Shown in pieces: positions 35,335-46,200 of a DNA stretch of 64,000 nucleotides. The DNA comes from a virus. Numbering within the stretch: position 1 is the stretch's first letter; every line of letters starts with the position of its first letter. The stretch lies in IMG/VR virus record IMGVR_UViG_3300047496_000382; one strand, given 5' to 3'. Below the pieces are notes generated by a model. The model did not search any database. It was not told the origin of the DNA and was given only the letters and a program-made list of their open reading frames with translations. Position numbers and translations under genes: made by a program.

Positions 35335-37145
35335 CCCTGGTCCGTGGGGCCGTTGTAGCCGGAACGAATCGGACCGCGTGCCGGGTCTTCTTTCATCGGC
35401 GCGATGATGTCAGGGCGCGGCGTAATCAGCATAGATGCGAGGAAGCAGTACAAGATGGAGTGGAGCGAGTCGTCCGGGCGGTCGGGGCGGTGCGTGTACT
35501 GAATCGCGCGTGTCGTCTTGTTGTATTCGCTGTAGATGTTGAGACAGTCATTGGCAAAAGGGTCTTCGAACTCCTCCCAGCACGGCAGCTCAATCTGCTT
35601 GCGCTTGATAGCGTTGAAGATGTCACTCATCACTTCTGTACGCATCACCTGCCAGCGGCGCAGGGGGCCGTTCAGCAACAGCTTCTTCTTGAGCTTCGTC
35701 ACGTACTGGTAACGCTGCACGCGACGAGGACCGAACGTTCGAATCAGGCGGTCGTTGGGGTAGTGACCACCGCCGTAGTCTGCGCCAATGACCCGCACGC
35801 TGAAGTACTTCAACATCTCTGCGATGCGGGCGAGCTGTACCTCTGGGTCGACCTCTTCCCCTGTGAAACGGTGAATGTAGAAGATGCGAAACTTCGATTG
35901 CACGTAGGTGCCAAGAGACAGCACCGTGTAGCTGTTCTCGCCAGTGCCCCAATCGAGTCCCGCGAACACTGGCGTCCCATGCGCGCGGTTCTTGTACTTC
36001 TCGAGCTCCGCTGTGCGCATCGTCACGGCGGGATTGCAGCACTCACGCACCTGCGCCCGCGTCAGCGGACGAAGACCCGAGTCGTAGGAGATGCCAAGCA
36101 CCTCGTTGTAGAACTTCTCTCGTGGGTAGCGCCCGTAGTCGAGGTAAATTTCCTCCCACTTCCTCCACGGCACCATCAACTGTGGGATGCGGTACGCCTC
36201 GAAGATGCCGTCCTTCTGCATGTGCGCCCACTGGGCGTCTGCGTGCATGGGGTTCATAATTTTGCCACAGCGCTCGCAAGATAGGCCACGGCGCTGGATG
36301 TTCTTCTCCCCCAGGACGTTCCAGTAGCGCCCGCCCTCGCCGCTCTTGCAGTCGCAGGGCACGACCCACTCGCCCATCGTCGACATCGGGCGGCCCTTAG
36401 AAGTGCCGCTCCTGTAGTACTCGATGACGTTGTCGAGGCTCTTAGGCGTGCCTGCGTAGATGAAGCGCTGCCAGGCTTCAGGAGCGTGGCTGGTCGCCTG
36501 CTCTATGACGGGGATGTTGTCGCCGAGGATGTCCTGGAGCTCGTCGATAAAAAGGCCCCACGCTGGGATGCCACGACAGCGGTCAGCGTTGAGAAAGGCG
36601 TAGCGCAGTGTGATTTTCGAGCGGTTGACGAACTGCTTCTCGAAGACGTTCTGCTGTAGCGCCGACGCTGTGAACGCGCGCAGCACCTCACTGGTCTCGA
36701 GCGGCTCCTTGATGCGGTCCGTGCTGAAGGTCTTGGTCTGCGTCGCAGAGGGAGACACGTACAGCGTGCGGTATCCCGTCACCAAGCACGCGTAGCCGAT
36801 GGCGCGGTTGCCCAGGAGCGTCGACTTCTCAACCTGACGGCCGCAGAAAAGCAACACGCGCTTGGCTGGCGTGTCGTAGATGCGGCGCATGTGGCGACGC
36901 GCCCCAAAGGAGAAGCTCTCGTAGCCGAGACCGTCTGCGCCCGGCATCCGAAACGCGAACTCGGTGAATTGCGAAGGGAGAACGGTCGAGAGTCCGGCAA
37001 CCTGCCGACTCGCCTCTTCGAGGTCAGCCCAGTCGACGAAGGGCTCCGGTTCGGGGCACCAAATTTCTCCGTCGGCGAGCTCAGGCTCATCCTCCTCCGT
37101 GTTGTCGAAACTCAACGCGTGTCCGTGCGCATCAACCAACATCAA
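35331..37145 (-). CDS. terL: terminase large subunit
   Basis: VLLFCGRQVEKST Walker A variant, LFIDELQD Walker B, YAGTPKS, CxxC, FAGLDWG nuclease motif, PDDSLHS C-terminal acidic motif. Confidence 0.85.
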   Translation of the reverse strand: MMLVDAHGHALSFDNTEEDEPELADGEIWCPEPEPFVDWADLEEASRQVAGLSTVLPSQFTEFAFRMPGADGLGYESFSFGARRHMRRIYDTPAKRVLLFCGRQVEKSTLLGNRAIGYACLVTGYRTLYVSPSATQTKTFSTDRIKEPLETSEVLRAFTASALQQNVFEKQFVNRSKITLRYAFLNADRCRGIPAWGLFIDELQDILGDNIPVIEQATSHAPEAWQRFIYAGTPKSLDNVIEYYRSGTSKGRPMSTMGEWVVPCDCKSGEGGRYWNVLGEKNIQRRGLSCERCGKIMNPMHADAQWAHMQKDGIFEAYRIPQLMVPWRKWEEIYLDYGRYPREKFYNEVLGISYDSGLRPLTRAQVRECCNPAVTMRTAELEKYKNRAHGTPVFAGLDWGTGENSYTVLSLGTYVQSKFRIFYIHRFTGEEVDPEVQLARIAEMLKYFSVRVIGADYGGGHYPNDRLIRTFGPRRVQRYQYVTKLKKKLLLNGPLRRWQVMRTEVMSDIFNAIKRKQIELPCWEEFEDPFANDCLNIYSEYNKTTRAIQYTHRPDRPDDSLHSILYCFLASMLITPRPDIIAPMKEDPARGPIRSGYNGPTDQG

Positions 37146-37195
37146 GGGAGTCTCTTCTGCTTGCGGCTCGACGGCAAGTACAACAATATGGCGGA

Positions 37196-37498
37196 GTGTT
37201 CCCTCCGAAACGCGCTGAAGACCCCAACGAGTGGCTGAGCCACATGTGCTTGAGCGTGCAACGTGCGGGAGCGATGTTCACGGGATTTGCACACGTAGAA
37301 CAACGCGAGGACCACTACGAGTGCACCGTGCAGTTGGTGCACCCGTTGGCCCCGAACGTGAAGAAGGCCCTCGAAACATACACGCGCCAGTACGCCCGCG
37401 CGGCCGGGTGGCCCTTGCGCGGCGTGCGCGTGCTCCGTCACGCCGTGGTCTTCAAGACTTCCTCGAGCTCGGTGTCGAGAAGCTCGAAGAAGCGGTAG
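37196..37498 (+). CDS. hypothetical protein
   Basis: GC3-rich codons on the plus strand; start uncertain. Confidence 0.35.
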   Translation: MFPPKRAEDPNEWLSHMCLSVQRAGAMFTGFAHVEQREDHYECTVQLVHPLAPNVKKALETYTRQYARAAGWPLRGVRVLRHAVVFKTSSSSVSRSSKKR

Positions 37499-37854
37499 CT
37501 GAACTTGTGCGGGTCGAGCACGAGGCCAAAACCCTCCGCACGCATCCACCAGCTCTTCACCTCTTCCGTGTAGGCCGCCTTCAGGCGCGGGTATGTCGCG
37601 TTGAAGTATCGCTCCGCCACGCGCGAGAGCGCATTCGGAAATAGCTCTTCCCAGTAGCGTGCCCGCGTCGACATCTCGGGCGTCAAGAAGAAGTGGTAGA
37701 CGATGGCGCCATCGACCATCGCGAACTCCGCCTTGAAGGTAGTGTGCGTGTCATCAACAATGAAGCGAACGGGCTGAAGATTGAAGTCAGTCTTCTGCTC
37801 GGCGGTTACCCGCATGTCCACTGCCGACGGGCTCAAGAACGCTGTCTCCGTCAT
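37438..37854 (-). CDS. hypothetical protein
   Basis: Likely start MTETAFLSP. Confidence 0.6.
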   Translation of the reverse strand: MTETAFLSPSAVDMRVTAEQKTDFNLQPVRFIVDDTHTTFKAEFAMVDGAIVYHFFLTPEMSTRARYWEELFPNALSRVAERYFNATYPRLKAAYTEEVKSWWMRAEGFGLVLDPHKFSYRFFELLDTELEEVLKTTA

Positions 37855-38764
37855 GGGTTGGGTCTCTCTGGGGCAAGACGTCGACCGTGTGGTGACCACC
37901 GGAGAGCTCGTGAATGCTCTTGATGGGAGTCGCGTCGGTTCGCAGCGCGATGGTCTGGAGCTCCTTCTGGAGATGCTCCGTTGGCTTCACGACCATCTCT
38001 ATCATCTCGGTGCAGGCACGAGCACCGTTGACGTAGTTCACGAACTTCTCGTTATCGCCCGGCCCGTCCATCTTGACCGCCGTGTTGGCGTTGAGGATGG
38101 CCATGTCGCGTGTCTCTTCCAGCAGACGCGTGAGCTCGAGCTTGTTGGGGGAGTGCCCCATCTTGATTTGGGCAGCAAGCGCCGACAAAGCTGAGTGTGG
38201 CAGCTCTGCGGCAATACGACGAGGGTCTTTGTAGTAAGTAGACTTCAACAGCGAGGCCGTGCCGTCGAATTCCTTACGCTCTGCCGCCCACTTCACGCGC
38301 ATCTGAAGAAGCAGGCGCAGTTGCGTTGAGTCGAGCAGGCTCATGTTCCAGAAGTAGTACGCATACTTCTCGATGACGCCGACCGTGCAGGACATGTGTC
38401 CGGCACGTGTCACGTACGCCGCGATGGCGGCGTGAGGCGCGTAAGTGATGAGCATCGTGTCGACGAACTCGCGCGCGCGCGGAAGCTCGAGGAGCTCGCG
38501 CGCTCCCTCCATCTCTGGCGTCGAACTGAACCAGCTGTTGAGCCCTTCGTGCAGGAGGAAGAAGCGCGAGGCCGAGTGGTTTCTGTCGAATGGATAGAAC
38601 TGCGCCGGCGGCTTGAGCTTCGCCTTCAGCCCCTGCACGTAGGCATCGCTGATGTAGTCGAGCCCCAACTCGAAGCACTCCTCCTTGAGCTGCTCGAGCG
38701 TCGGGGACTCTGGGTGAACGAGCCGCGCCCGGAGCGCGTTCTCTGCCGGACTGCGCAGGCGCAT
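37787..38764 (-). CDS. hypothetical helical protein (terminase small subunit candidate by position)
   Basis: Helical composition; upstream of terL; function by position only. Confidence 0.5.
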   Translation of the reverse strand: MRLRSPAENALRARLVHPESPTLEQLKEECFELGLDYISDAYVQGLKAKLKPPAQFYPFDRNHSASRFFLLHEGLNSWFSSTPEMEGARELLELPRAREFVDTMLITYAPHAAIAAYVTRAGHMSCTVGVIEKYAYYFWNMSLLDSTQLRLLLQMRVKWAAERKEFDGTASLLKSTYYKDPRRIAAELPHSALSALAAQIKMGHSPNKLELTRLLEETRDMAILNANTAVKMDGPGDNEKFVNYVNGARACTEMIEMVVKPTEHLQKELQTIALRTDATPIKSIHELSGGHHTVDVLPQRDPTHDGDSVLEPVGSGHAGNRRAED

Positions 38765-38765
38765 G

Positions 38766-40760
38766 TCAGCTCTGCTGGAAGGCGAGGACCTTCAAGCCCT
38801 CGACGGTCTGCTCCACAGAGCGGATGGCCTTCTCGAGCGCCGACGTCGGAATCTCCCGAAGTCCCAGGCGCGCGGCGAGCAAGAGCTCGCACATCTTTGA
38901 CTGCGCCTCATCAATGACCGGCAAGTAGCTGATGAAGACGCCGAGGTTCTCGGGGTTGATGAAGCCCAGGCTGAGTACGGTGTCGACGGCGACCGGGTCC
39001 GGGATGACAGCCGCCTCCTTCACGAGGTTCTGGCGGAAGTTCGGGACCGTCGCGAGGAACGCGGCAGCAGACGTCTTCATCTCGTCCCCGAGCTCCGCAG
39101 CAGTCTTCAGCTCGCGCGCGACGCGCACCTCGACTGGGCGGCTCCAGGCGGCAGCCTCGCCGACCTTCTTCAGCGCGTAGTCGGAGTTGACACCGAGACC
39201 GGCCAGCAAGAACAACGTGTCATCGAGCGACAAGAACTGGCGCTCGTCACTGCCGAGCTTTTCCACTGGGTAGCCACTGACGGCGAACGAGTTCTCACCG
39301 CCGTAGCGCAAGAAGACCTTCGGTGTCGCGTGCCCCTGCTTCTGGAAAGCGGCCGGGTCGCCGACGAGCTCAACGTCGGCAGCGTTCCCGAGCGGCATCC
39401 ACGAGAACGTGTCGGGGATGAGCACAGCGCCGTCTTCGCCTTGCGCGATGGTCGCGAGGTTCGGCTGCACCTTCACGAGCACCTGACGCCCGTCGTAGGT
39501 CTCTCCAACCAGCGAGACCCCTTCGCCTCCCGGCATCTGGAGCGTCGTCTTGATGGTCATCGGGATGGTGGCTTGCGCTTTCCCGTTGAGCACTTGGTAG
39601 AAGACGCCTTCACCGCGTGGATGGCTGGTGAAAAGGCTCGCGCCCTCCGACACCAAGAGGCCTGCGATTTCACCCTGCACGGCTTTCTGGCTGCCGTTGG
39701 TGAAGAGGAAGATGGGCAGTGACGTCCCGTCGAGGTCAAGCAGGTTCGGGAAGACGTACCCGATGAGCTCTTTCCCCTCGTGGTCTTGCACACGATAGAT
39801 GCCGAAGTCTGTGATGAGCTCCGGCTGCTCCTCCACCTCTTCCGGTGCGGGCGCTTCGCCCGTGGCGAGCGTCGTTGAGCCGTGGACATCTGCTGCAAGG
39901 ACGACCTTCGCGCCCAGCTTGTGCATCGCCTCTGCGCGCGAGAGGTGCTTCACCTCGGGAGCCCAGAAGTGGTGCGTCGCGACCTTGAGCGTGTACCCCT
40001 CGGAGGCGCGTACCAGCTGCATCACTGAAGGGATAACCGCGCTGACCAGGGCGCTGCCGAGCTTCGAAACGGGCCGAGGCACGTACTCCGCGAGCTTCGC
40101 GAGCGCGCTCGACGTTGCATGGCCGTTGCTGACGTACATTGCCTGCAGGCCACGGTCGCCATCGAGCTGCGACAAGAACGAGGCGTGGTCCGACGCGTTG
40201 ATGGTTGGCATGATGGCCGAGAGCACCGAACCCTCCTTGCCCATGCCGACACTCATCGTCGCGCCACCGCCACCGAAGCCGTAGTTCTGCCGGTACGGCG
40301 GATAGAGCTGCCCAATCATCGACTGGTCACCAGGACCGCGGCCCGTGATGTCGAAGACCTGCGGGCGGAAGATGGCCTGACGAAGACGCGTCTCCGTGAG
40401 CGGGAGCATCTTCGAGTCGTCGGTGACGAGAATGTCGAGCGGCTGGAGCTTTCGGTCTTTGACGACGATGGGGATGCGTGCGTGCTGGATGCCGGCGGCA
40501 GCGAGCGCATCCGGCGGGGCACCGTGCTGAATCTCGGTCTTGTTCGAGACTTCGATGTGGCCGAACGCGAAGCCGCGCTCACCATCCACACGGTCCATGA
40601 CGACGTCGGGCTCGAAGTCCGCGATGTACGGAATCTGCTTGAAGAGCTCTTGCATGATTTCGTTGGGCCACGCGTTGGGGTCCTCCGGCAGGACGACCTC
40701 CGCAGCGACCTTTTCGAAGTTCACGGAGGGCTCGAAGAAGAGACCGTCATTCGTCGTCAT
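38766..40760 (-). CDS. large putative virion/head protein with KxA motifs
   Basis: EKVAA, AKLAE, LKVAT, LKTAA, VKEAA; GGAG ribosome-binding site. Confidence 0.6.
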   Translation of the reverse strand: MTTNDGLFFEPSVNFEKVAAEVVLPEDPNAWPNEIMQELFKQIPYIADFEPDVVMDRVDGERGFAFGHIEVSNKTEIQHGAPPDALAAAGIQHARIPIVVKDRKLQPLDILVTDDSKMLPLTETRLRQAIFRPQVFDITGRGPGDQSMIGQLYPPYRQNYGFGGGGATMSVGMGKEGSVLSAIMPTINASDHASFLSQLDGDRGLQAMYVSNGHATSSALAKLAEYVPRPVSKLGSALVSAVIPSVMQLVRASEGYTLKVATHHFWAPEVKHLSRAEAMHKLGAKVVLAADVHGSTTLATGEAPAPEEVEEQPELITDFGIYRVQDHEGKELIGYVFPNLLDLDGTSLPIFLFTNGSQKAVQGEIAGLLVSEGASLFTSHPRGEGVFYQVLNGKAQATIPMTIKTTLQMPGGEGVSLVGETYDGRQVLVKVQPNLATIAQGEDGAVLIPDTFSWMPLGNAADVELVGDPAAFQKQGHATPKVFLRYGGENSFAVSGYPVEKLGSDERQFLSLDDTLFLLAGLGVNSDYALKKVGEAAAWSRPVEVRVARELKTAAELGDEMKTSAAAFLATVPNFRQNLVKEAAVIPDPVAVDTVLSLGFINPENLGVFISYLPVIDEAQSKMCELLLAARLGLREIPTSALEKAIRSVEQTVEGLKVLAFQQS

Positions 40761-40775
40761 GTGTTTCTCCAGCTC

Positions 40776-41420
40776 CTAGACGGTCTTCATGATACTCGCG
40801 AGCGCCGCAGCAGCGGAAGGACTGCTCGTGAGAAGCAACACACCATACACCGTGTCTCCGGGGTGGATACCGCCCACGCCCGCCGAGCACAACGCGTTGA
40901 TTTGGCTGCCTGCGGACGCAAGCGTGTCCACTCCCGTATAGCCGATGGTGATGAGAACCGTACCCCCAACGCCTAGATTTCCAGAGAGGCCCCCGAAGAA
41001 CGACACAGCCTCGAGCTTCTTCGCGAGGGCCTGGTCGAGAAGGTTCTTCAGCGTAGCGAGCTTCGAGGCCAACAGTCCTGCGAGCGCGTTGGCTCCTCCA
41101 ATCTTGGCCGACAGGGAAGCAGAGACCGGCGGAAGACCGAAAGCCAGTGTCGAGGCGATGCCTGCCTGCACCCGCGCGATGCTCAAGAGCTGCTGCTTGA
41201 GCGCAGTGATGGGATTCGTCAGATTGAGACCAAGGGACACGCTCGCCTGCTTCGCCGCAGCGAGCTGGTTGGCGAGGTCCTGCACCAGTGACCCAAGACC
41301 CGTAGGCCCTGTTAGCATCTGGTCGACCAGTCCCACGAGAGGAGAAGCCACAGCCACGGACCCATTGGCCGCAACATGAATAGTTCCCAGAGGGAAGGAG
41401 CCTAGAACGGTGACGCTCAC
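40776..41420 (-). CDS. putative baseplate-associated protein
   Basis: Coupled to the spike gene; hydrophobic/helical. Confidence 0.45.
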   Translation of the reverse strand: MSVTVLGSFPLGTIHVAANGSVAVASPLVGLVDQMLTGPTGLGSLVQDLANQLAAAKQASVSLGLNLTNPITALKQQLLSIARVQAGIASTLAFGLPPVSASLSAKIGGANALAGLLASKLATLKNLLDQALAKKLEAVSFFGGLSGNLGVGGTVLITIGYTGVDTLASAGSQINALCSAGVGGIHPGDTVYGVLLLTSSPSAAAALASIMKTV

Positions 41421-42646
41421 CCAAGCACCTCTTCATTCCCCGTCTCGATGGACCCTACCAACGATGCCACTGTTGTCAGTGTGCAGGGCAGTGGCACGCC
41501 CGAGACTGGCGTACTGCTGAACTGAATGATGATGGGCGCAGAGATGAGGTCCATCGCAATGAGGTCTCCCTTCCGTGCGACGGGCAGTTGGCCGGCACCG
41601 AGACGGATGATTTGTCCCTTGATGTTGACGAAGGTATTGCCGTCGATGTCGAGACCGTTCTGCGCAGTCAGCTGTCCTGCACCCGCTGCTTCGATAGAGA
41701 AGTCGGAGCCGAGCTTGAGGGTCAACGCACCAGTCACCTTACCGACGAAGTTGCCCTCGCAACGTAGGAAGGTATTGCCCGAGCGGTCGAAGATGAAGCG
41801 GAAGACCGAATTCTTCGGCGTCGCAGAGGAAGCGGCATCTCCGCTCTCTGCGATGAAGCCTTGCGGTGAGACTGCTACTTCGAAAATGATGGGGTTGTCG
41901 TCCCCGCCTGTGATGCCTGCCTGCGACTGTAGGGCGCCACCATCGGGTTCTGCCATCGGGTTGAAAATGCGCCCCTGCGCAATGCGAACATCGGCGTATT
42001 TGTCATTCGCGAAGACACGGAAGGTCTCGAGGTGCTGCGCTGGGTACTTCGTGAGAGAAGGGCCGTCCTGCAACCCCCAGGTCTCCGCGCCGCCGGCGTT
42101 GTAGTGCGAATAGTTCTCGCTGATGTCGATGACCTGGTTGCGCAACGGGATGTAGATACGCTGTGCGAGTTCCGTTGCTCCCAGAGATAGGACGCCGCCG
42201 CGGTGGAGGATGACGAAGTTCCCGTCGCGCGTCCGAAACCAGATGTCGCCTGGATTGATGGGTGGCCTGCCTCCCGCGAAGGTCGCGTCGGTGGGCGTCT
42301 TCGGCGGCGTGCCGTGCGTCGTAGTTCCCAGGGGCGCGTCAGCAGAGGAGTCCGAGACTTTCTCGAACGCCATCAGAAACGCGAGCACGAACGGCGCGGA
42401 GCTATCGGAGGGGATGCAAACCATCACCGTCGCACCGACCTCCGGCATCACGTAGATGCCCTCACCGTTAGAGTGGTGGAGGTACGGCGAGCCCACCTGG
42501 ATGTTGAAGTACTTCTTGCGGTCGTACTGCGCGATGACGTCCACGGTCCACTTCACCGTATTCGTGTTCACCACGCTACCCTGCACGATGTGGGCGGCCG
42601 TCAAGCCCTCCCTGTGCGTGAACGATGTTCGGAAGCGGGGAGGCAT
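41417..42646 (-). CDS. baseplate spike/hub protein (gp5/gpV-like OB fold)
   Basis: GEGIYVMPEVGATVMV OB-fold motif; beta-repeat region; C-terminal ARKGD...GSIETGNEEV tip-like motif. Confidence 0.7.
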   Translation of the reverse strand: MPPRFRTSFTHREGLTAAHIVQGSVVNTNTVKWTVDVIAQYDRKKYFNIQVGSPYLHHSNGEGIYVMPEVGATVMVCIPSDSSAPFVLAFLMAFEKVSDSSADAPLGTTTHGTPPKTPTDATFAGGRPPINPGDIWFRTRDGNFVILHRGGVLSLGATELAQRIYIPLRNQVIDISENYSHYNAGGAETWGLQDGPSLTKYPAQHLETFRVFANDKYADVRIAQGRIFNPMAEPDGGALQSQAGITGGDDNPIIFEVAVSPQGFIAESGDAASSATPKNSVFRFIFDRSGNTFLRCEGNFVGKVTGALTLKLGSDFSIEAAGAGQLTAQNGLDIDGNTFVNIKGQIIRLGAGQLPVARKGDLIAMDLISAPIIIQFSSTPVSGVPLPCTLTTVASLVGSIETGNEEVLG

Positions 42647-42647
42647 C

Positions 42648-43226
42648 TCAGTGAATCTTCCGATAGGCCGCGACCCGGCAACACCAGTCGATGAAGACGT
42701 CTTGCGCCATCGCATGCTTCATGAAGTTCACTGCGGGGTGCACCCACTGGACATTGCCCGGGATGTAACCCTTCTCGCTGTCAATGCGGTCAAGAGAAGC
42801 TACTGTTTCTCCCTCTGCGAGCGTCTTCTTCGTCATGCCGAGTGGTGCTCCGGTTAGAGCGCATCGGCGTCCTTGTTGTTCAAAAATAGACCACAGTGTC
42901 GCGGCCGTTACTGAGAATACAAATCCTCGGTGACGCGCCTGCGTACGAAGACACCCGTAACGATGCCCACTCAGGTGGCCCGCCGACGCGTACTTCGACC
43001 GGTACGTCCGTGTCTGCATTCGCGCGCAACCGCAAGACTGCGGTCCCTGTTCTACGCGTCTTGGCCTACGCCCTATAGTTGATGCGCGCTTGACTAGCTC
43101 CTTGCCGCACACGCAACGCACACGCCACATAACGTCACCGCGCGCGGCAACTTCACCCGTGGGGGCTAGCACCGTCAACAAGCCGATGACTTTTCCGGCC
43201 AAGTCCTTTCGGATGTTCGGCATCAA
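42648..43226 (-). CDS. free-standing HNH (homing-type) endonuclease
   Basis: WRVRCVCG, QSCGC, RCALTG, SLDRIDSEKGYIPGNVQWVHPAVNFMK. Confidence 0.85.
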   Translation of the reverse strand: MMPNIRKDLAGKVIGLLTVLAPTGEVAARGDVMWRVRCVCGKELVKRASTIGRRPRRVEQGPQSCGCARMQTRTYRSKYASAGHLSGHRYGCLRTQARHRGFVFSVTAATLWSIFEQQGRRCALTGAPLGMTKKTLAEGETVASLDRIDSEKGYIPGNVQWVHPAVNFMKHAMAQDVFIDWCCRVAAYRKIH

Positions 43227-46200
43227 TAGAAGTGCTCCGGCACATCCTTGAGGTGCCCGTAACCGGGTTTGCTGGCGTCCCTCTTCGTCAGACCTAGCTC
43301 GCTGCCGAAAGCCATGCCCGGGACAGGGTGCGTCCCGTGGATGTGCGACACGCCGCGCGTTGCCGCCGCCTCCATCAACGTCTCGCGAAGATGCCGGTGC
43401 TGCAACTTCGCCATCCAGTCTTCTTGCATCTCGAGAGGTAGAACTTCAATGCCTTTCAGCGTCGGCTTGTGTTCGATGGGCTTTTTGCTGGCTGCTATGA
43501 GCTCGGCGTTGAGCTTGTAGACCGTCGTCGTCGGGCGATACTCCCCACGAAGAACAGTCGGGTGGTCTCCAGAGTCCGTGACCTCGGTGAGATTCCCCAT
43601 CACGCGCACGATGGTCTCGATGGCGCGGCGCTTGATGCCCTCCTTCGCGTAGAGACCGTGAATCTCGTCGACGAGGTGTCCCTGCACACGCTCCATCGAA
43701 TTCGTCGCCTTGAAGAGCTGGCGCGGGTTCACGACGGTGCGGTTCGGGTCGGAGAGATGCTGACCTGCCTCGACCTGCATGCCGACGACGGGCGGCTGCC
43801 AGGGCATGTAGCCGCTGATGCCCCGCGAGTTGGGCAGCGCCGCGTGCAACGGCATCCCGCGCGCGTCGTTGCTGACGTGGTGACGCTTGCCGCCGACAAA
43901 GATGTCCACACCTGTCGCGGTCGGTTGAATCTTCTCGACCTTGCCGCTGACCATCGACAGCGTCGCCTCGTTCGGTACGTGCTCCGGCAGCATCAGCAAG
44001 TTCGAGAAGTGCTTGAAGGCGTTGACGACCTTCGAGCCGCTCGCCTCACGCACGCCACCCGTGTGGAAGGCCTTCAAGGTCAGCTGCACTGCGCGCTCAC
44101 CAACCGTGTGCGCCGAGAGAACGCCGATGTTGGTCCCGAGCGGATGCAGGTCTCCCGAAGAAGAAACTCCACTGCACTTCTGGCAGATGCCCTGCTCCTC
44201 CTCACACTTCAGCGGCGAACGAACGACGAGCCTGGCGTCCTTCTTGACCGACCGAATCTTACCCACGATGTCCGGTGTGAGCAGCGTGCCCGCCGGTACG
44301 TGCAGACCATCCTGGTCGAAGTCCTTCTGCAGGTAGCGGTCGTGAATGTCCCGCTCCTGCACCGACAGAGCAACGCCCTTATTGGTGCCACAATCGTGCT
44401 TAGTGATGAGCACGTTCATCATGTTCTGCATCAACAGCTTCGACATAACGCCGGGTTTCTCGACACCCTGGACCTTGAGGACTGCGCCCCGCCGCGCACC
44501 GTGCATCTGCGTCCAATAGCTGCCGAGGTCCAGACCCTCAGAGTAGCTCTTGGTGACCGGTGTCGGGATGTCCTGGTCAGCGGAGTCCTGGTAAATCATC
44601 GGGGCCAAGACCATCTGCTTGTACTGCTCCCAGCCCGGCTTCACGCCCGCGCTGTACATCGTGAAGAGATTCGAAGGGTCCTTCTTCATCTTCTCTTCGT
44701 GCAGCGTCTTCATCGTGTTGCCGGCTGTCTTGTAGACGTTGATGGCCTGGCGGTCCTTGTCAGCCTGCGGAATCTTTGTGCTCGCGTAGATGCTCGCGGC
44801 TTCGGCGTGCGCCGCCTTCAAGACCTTGTCGCGCGTCTCATAGTCTGGGGTGAAATCCTTGAGCGACAGCGTGTGCACCCCCGTGGGGACGAAGATGTTC
44901 TTGCTCGGGTCGTGCACGGCAACGTGCGTGTTTTCGAACTTCTGGAACGCGAAGGCATGGCCAGCGGCTGTGGGCAGCGGCAGGCGTACCGAGCCAGAGG
45001 CCGCGCCGTTGCCGATGTCCTTTAGCTTGTTCACGACGTCGCCGTAGAGCTCGTGATGGTTCTTCGCGAGCGTCGTCAGCATCGCGTCAAGCCCCTTGCC
45101 GTCGACCTTCGTGTTGAAGTCATGGAGATAGGTGTCCTGCATCTCCTTCGGCAGCGCAGCCGCGAGCATCACGCGCCCCGGCGTGGTTTTCTTCCCATCC
45201 AGCTCGACGACATCAGTCGACAGCAGATGACCCTTCTGGACGGCCTCGACAACCTGCGCCGGGTTCTTGAAGGTCTTCCCCGTCTCCTTGCCGACGAGCC
45301 CGAGCTTGTAGAGGCCGAGTGCCGACTCGAGCGTCGGCTGGTACATCACGCGCCCCGTCGCCTCGCTGAAGAGGTTGTTCGATGGGAACATCTTGTGGGC
45401 CTCCGCAACGGCCTCACGCGTGATGGGGACATAGGCGCTCATCGAGTCACCGTCGAAGTCGGCGGTGAATCCCCCAGTCACGAGCGGGTGAATCTGCACC
45501 GCGCTACCTTCGACACGACGCGCACGGAAGCCTTGCACCGAGTACTTGTGAAGCGCAGGGTCGCGCTTGAGTAGCACGGGGCGCTCCTCCATCACCCGGT
45601 CGAGCGCACGCCAGACCGAGGGCGTCGGCTTGGCAAGCAGCGCTGGTGCCTGCAGCTCCGTCTGGATGGCGCCCATCTCGCGCAGCTTCCGAATGACAAA
45701 GGGTCGATAGAGGCTGAGCGCTGCGTGACTCGGGAGTCCGACTTCATCGAGACCGAGCGCGGGCTCCGGCACGATGGTCGAGCGCATCGTCAAGTCCTGT
45801 CGCCGGTTGATGAGCACGCGCTGGAAGTAGCCACGCTTCGGCTGGCTTCCGCTGATTTGGTGCAGGATGCCCTTGAGTTTCTGCCCCTCGTACGGGATGC
45901 CGACGCCCATCAGCGCCTTCACGCCGTCGTAGAGACTCTCGCGAAGCTCTTGCTTGTGCGCGTCGTCAAGGTTCTGCGCGATGACCGGGTCCTTCAGCTT
46001 ATCGTTCACCTTCGCGAAGTCCGAGTAGAGCTTCGTGAGTCCCTCGAACTGAAGGTTGCCGTCGGGCAGCCGCGAGACCGCACGCAGCACGGGCGGCATC
46101 ACCGGCAGATTGTGCAGCACGTATGCGTCCGCCGGCTTGAGGTTCGCAGTGTCGAGCGCACGCAAGTACTTCACACGCTTCAAGACACTGTCGACCTTGT

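Noticed and set aside
37142-37549. Minus-strand 135-aa ORF upstream of terL
   Set aside because: Arg-rich shadow-like sequence; the plus-strand ORF at 37196 has better codon usage
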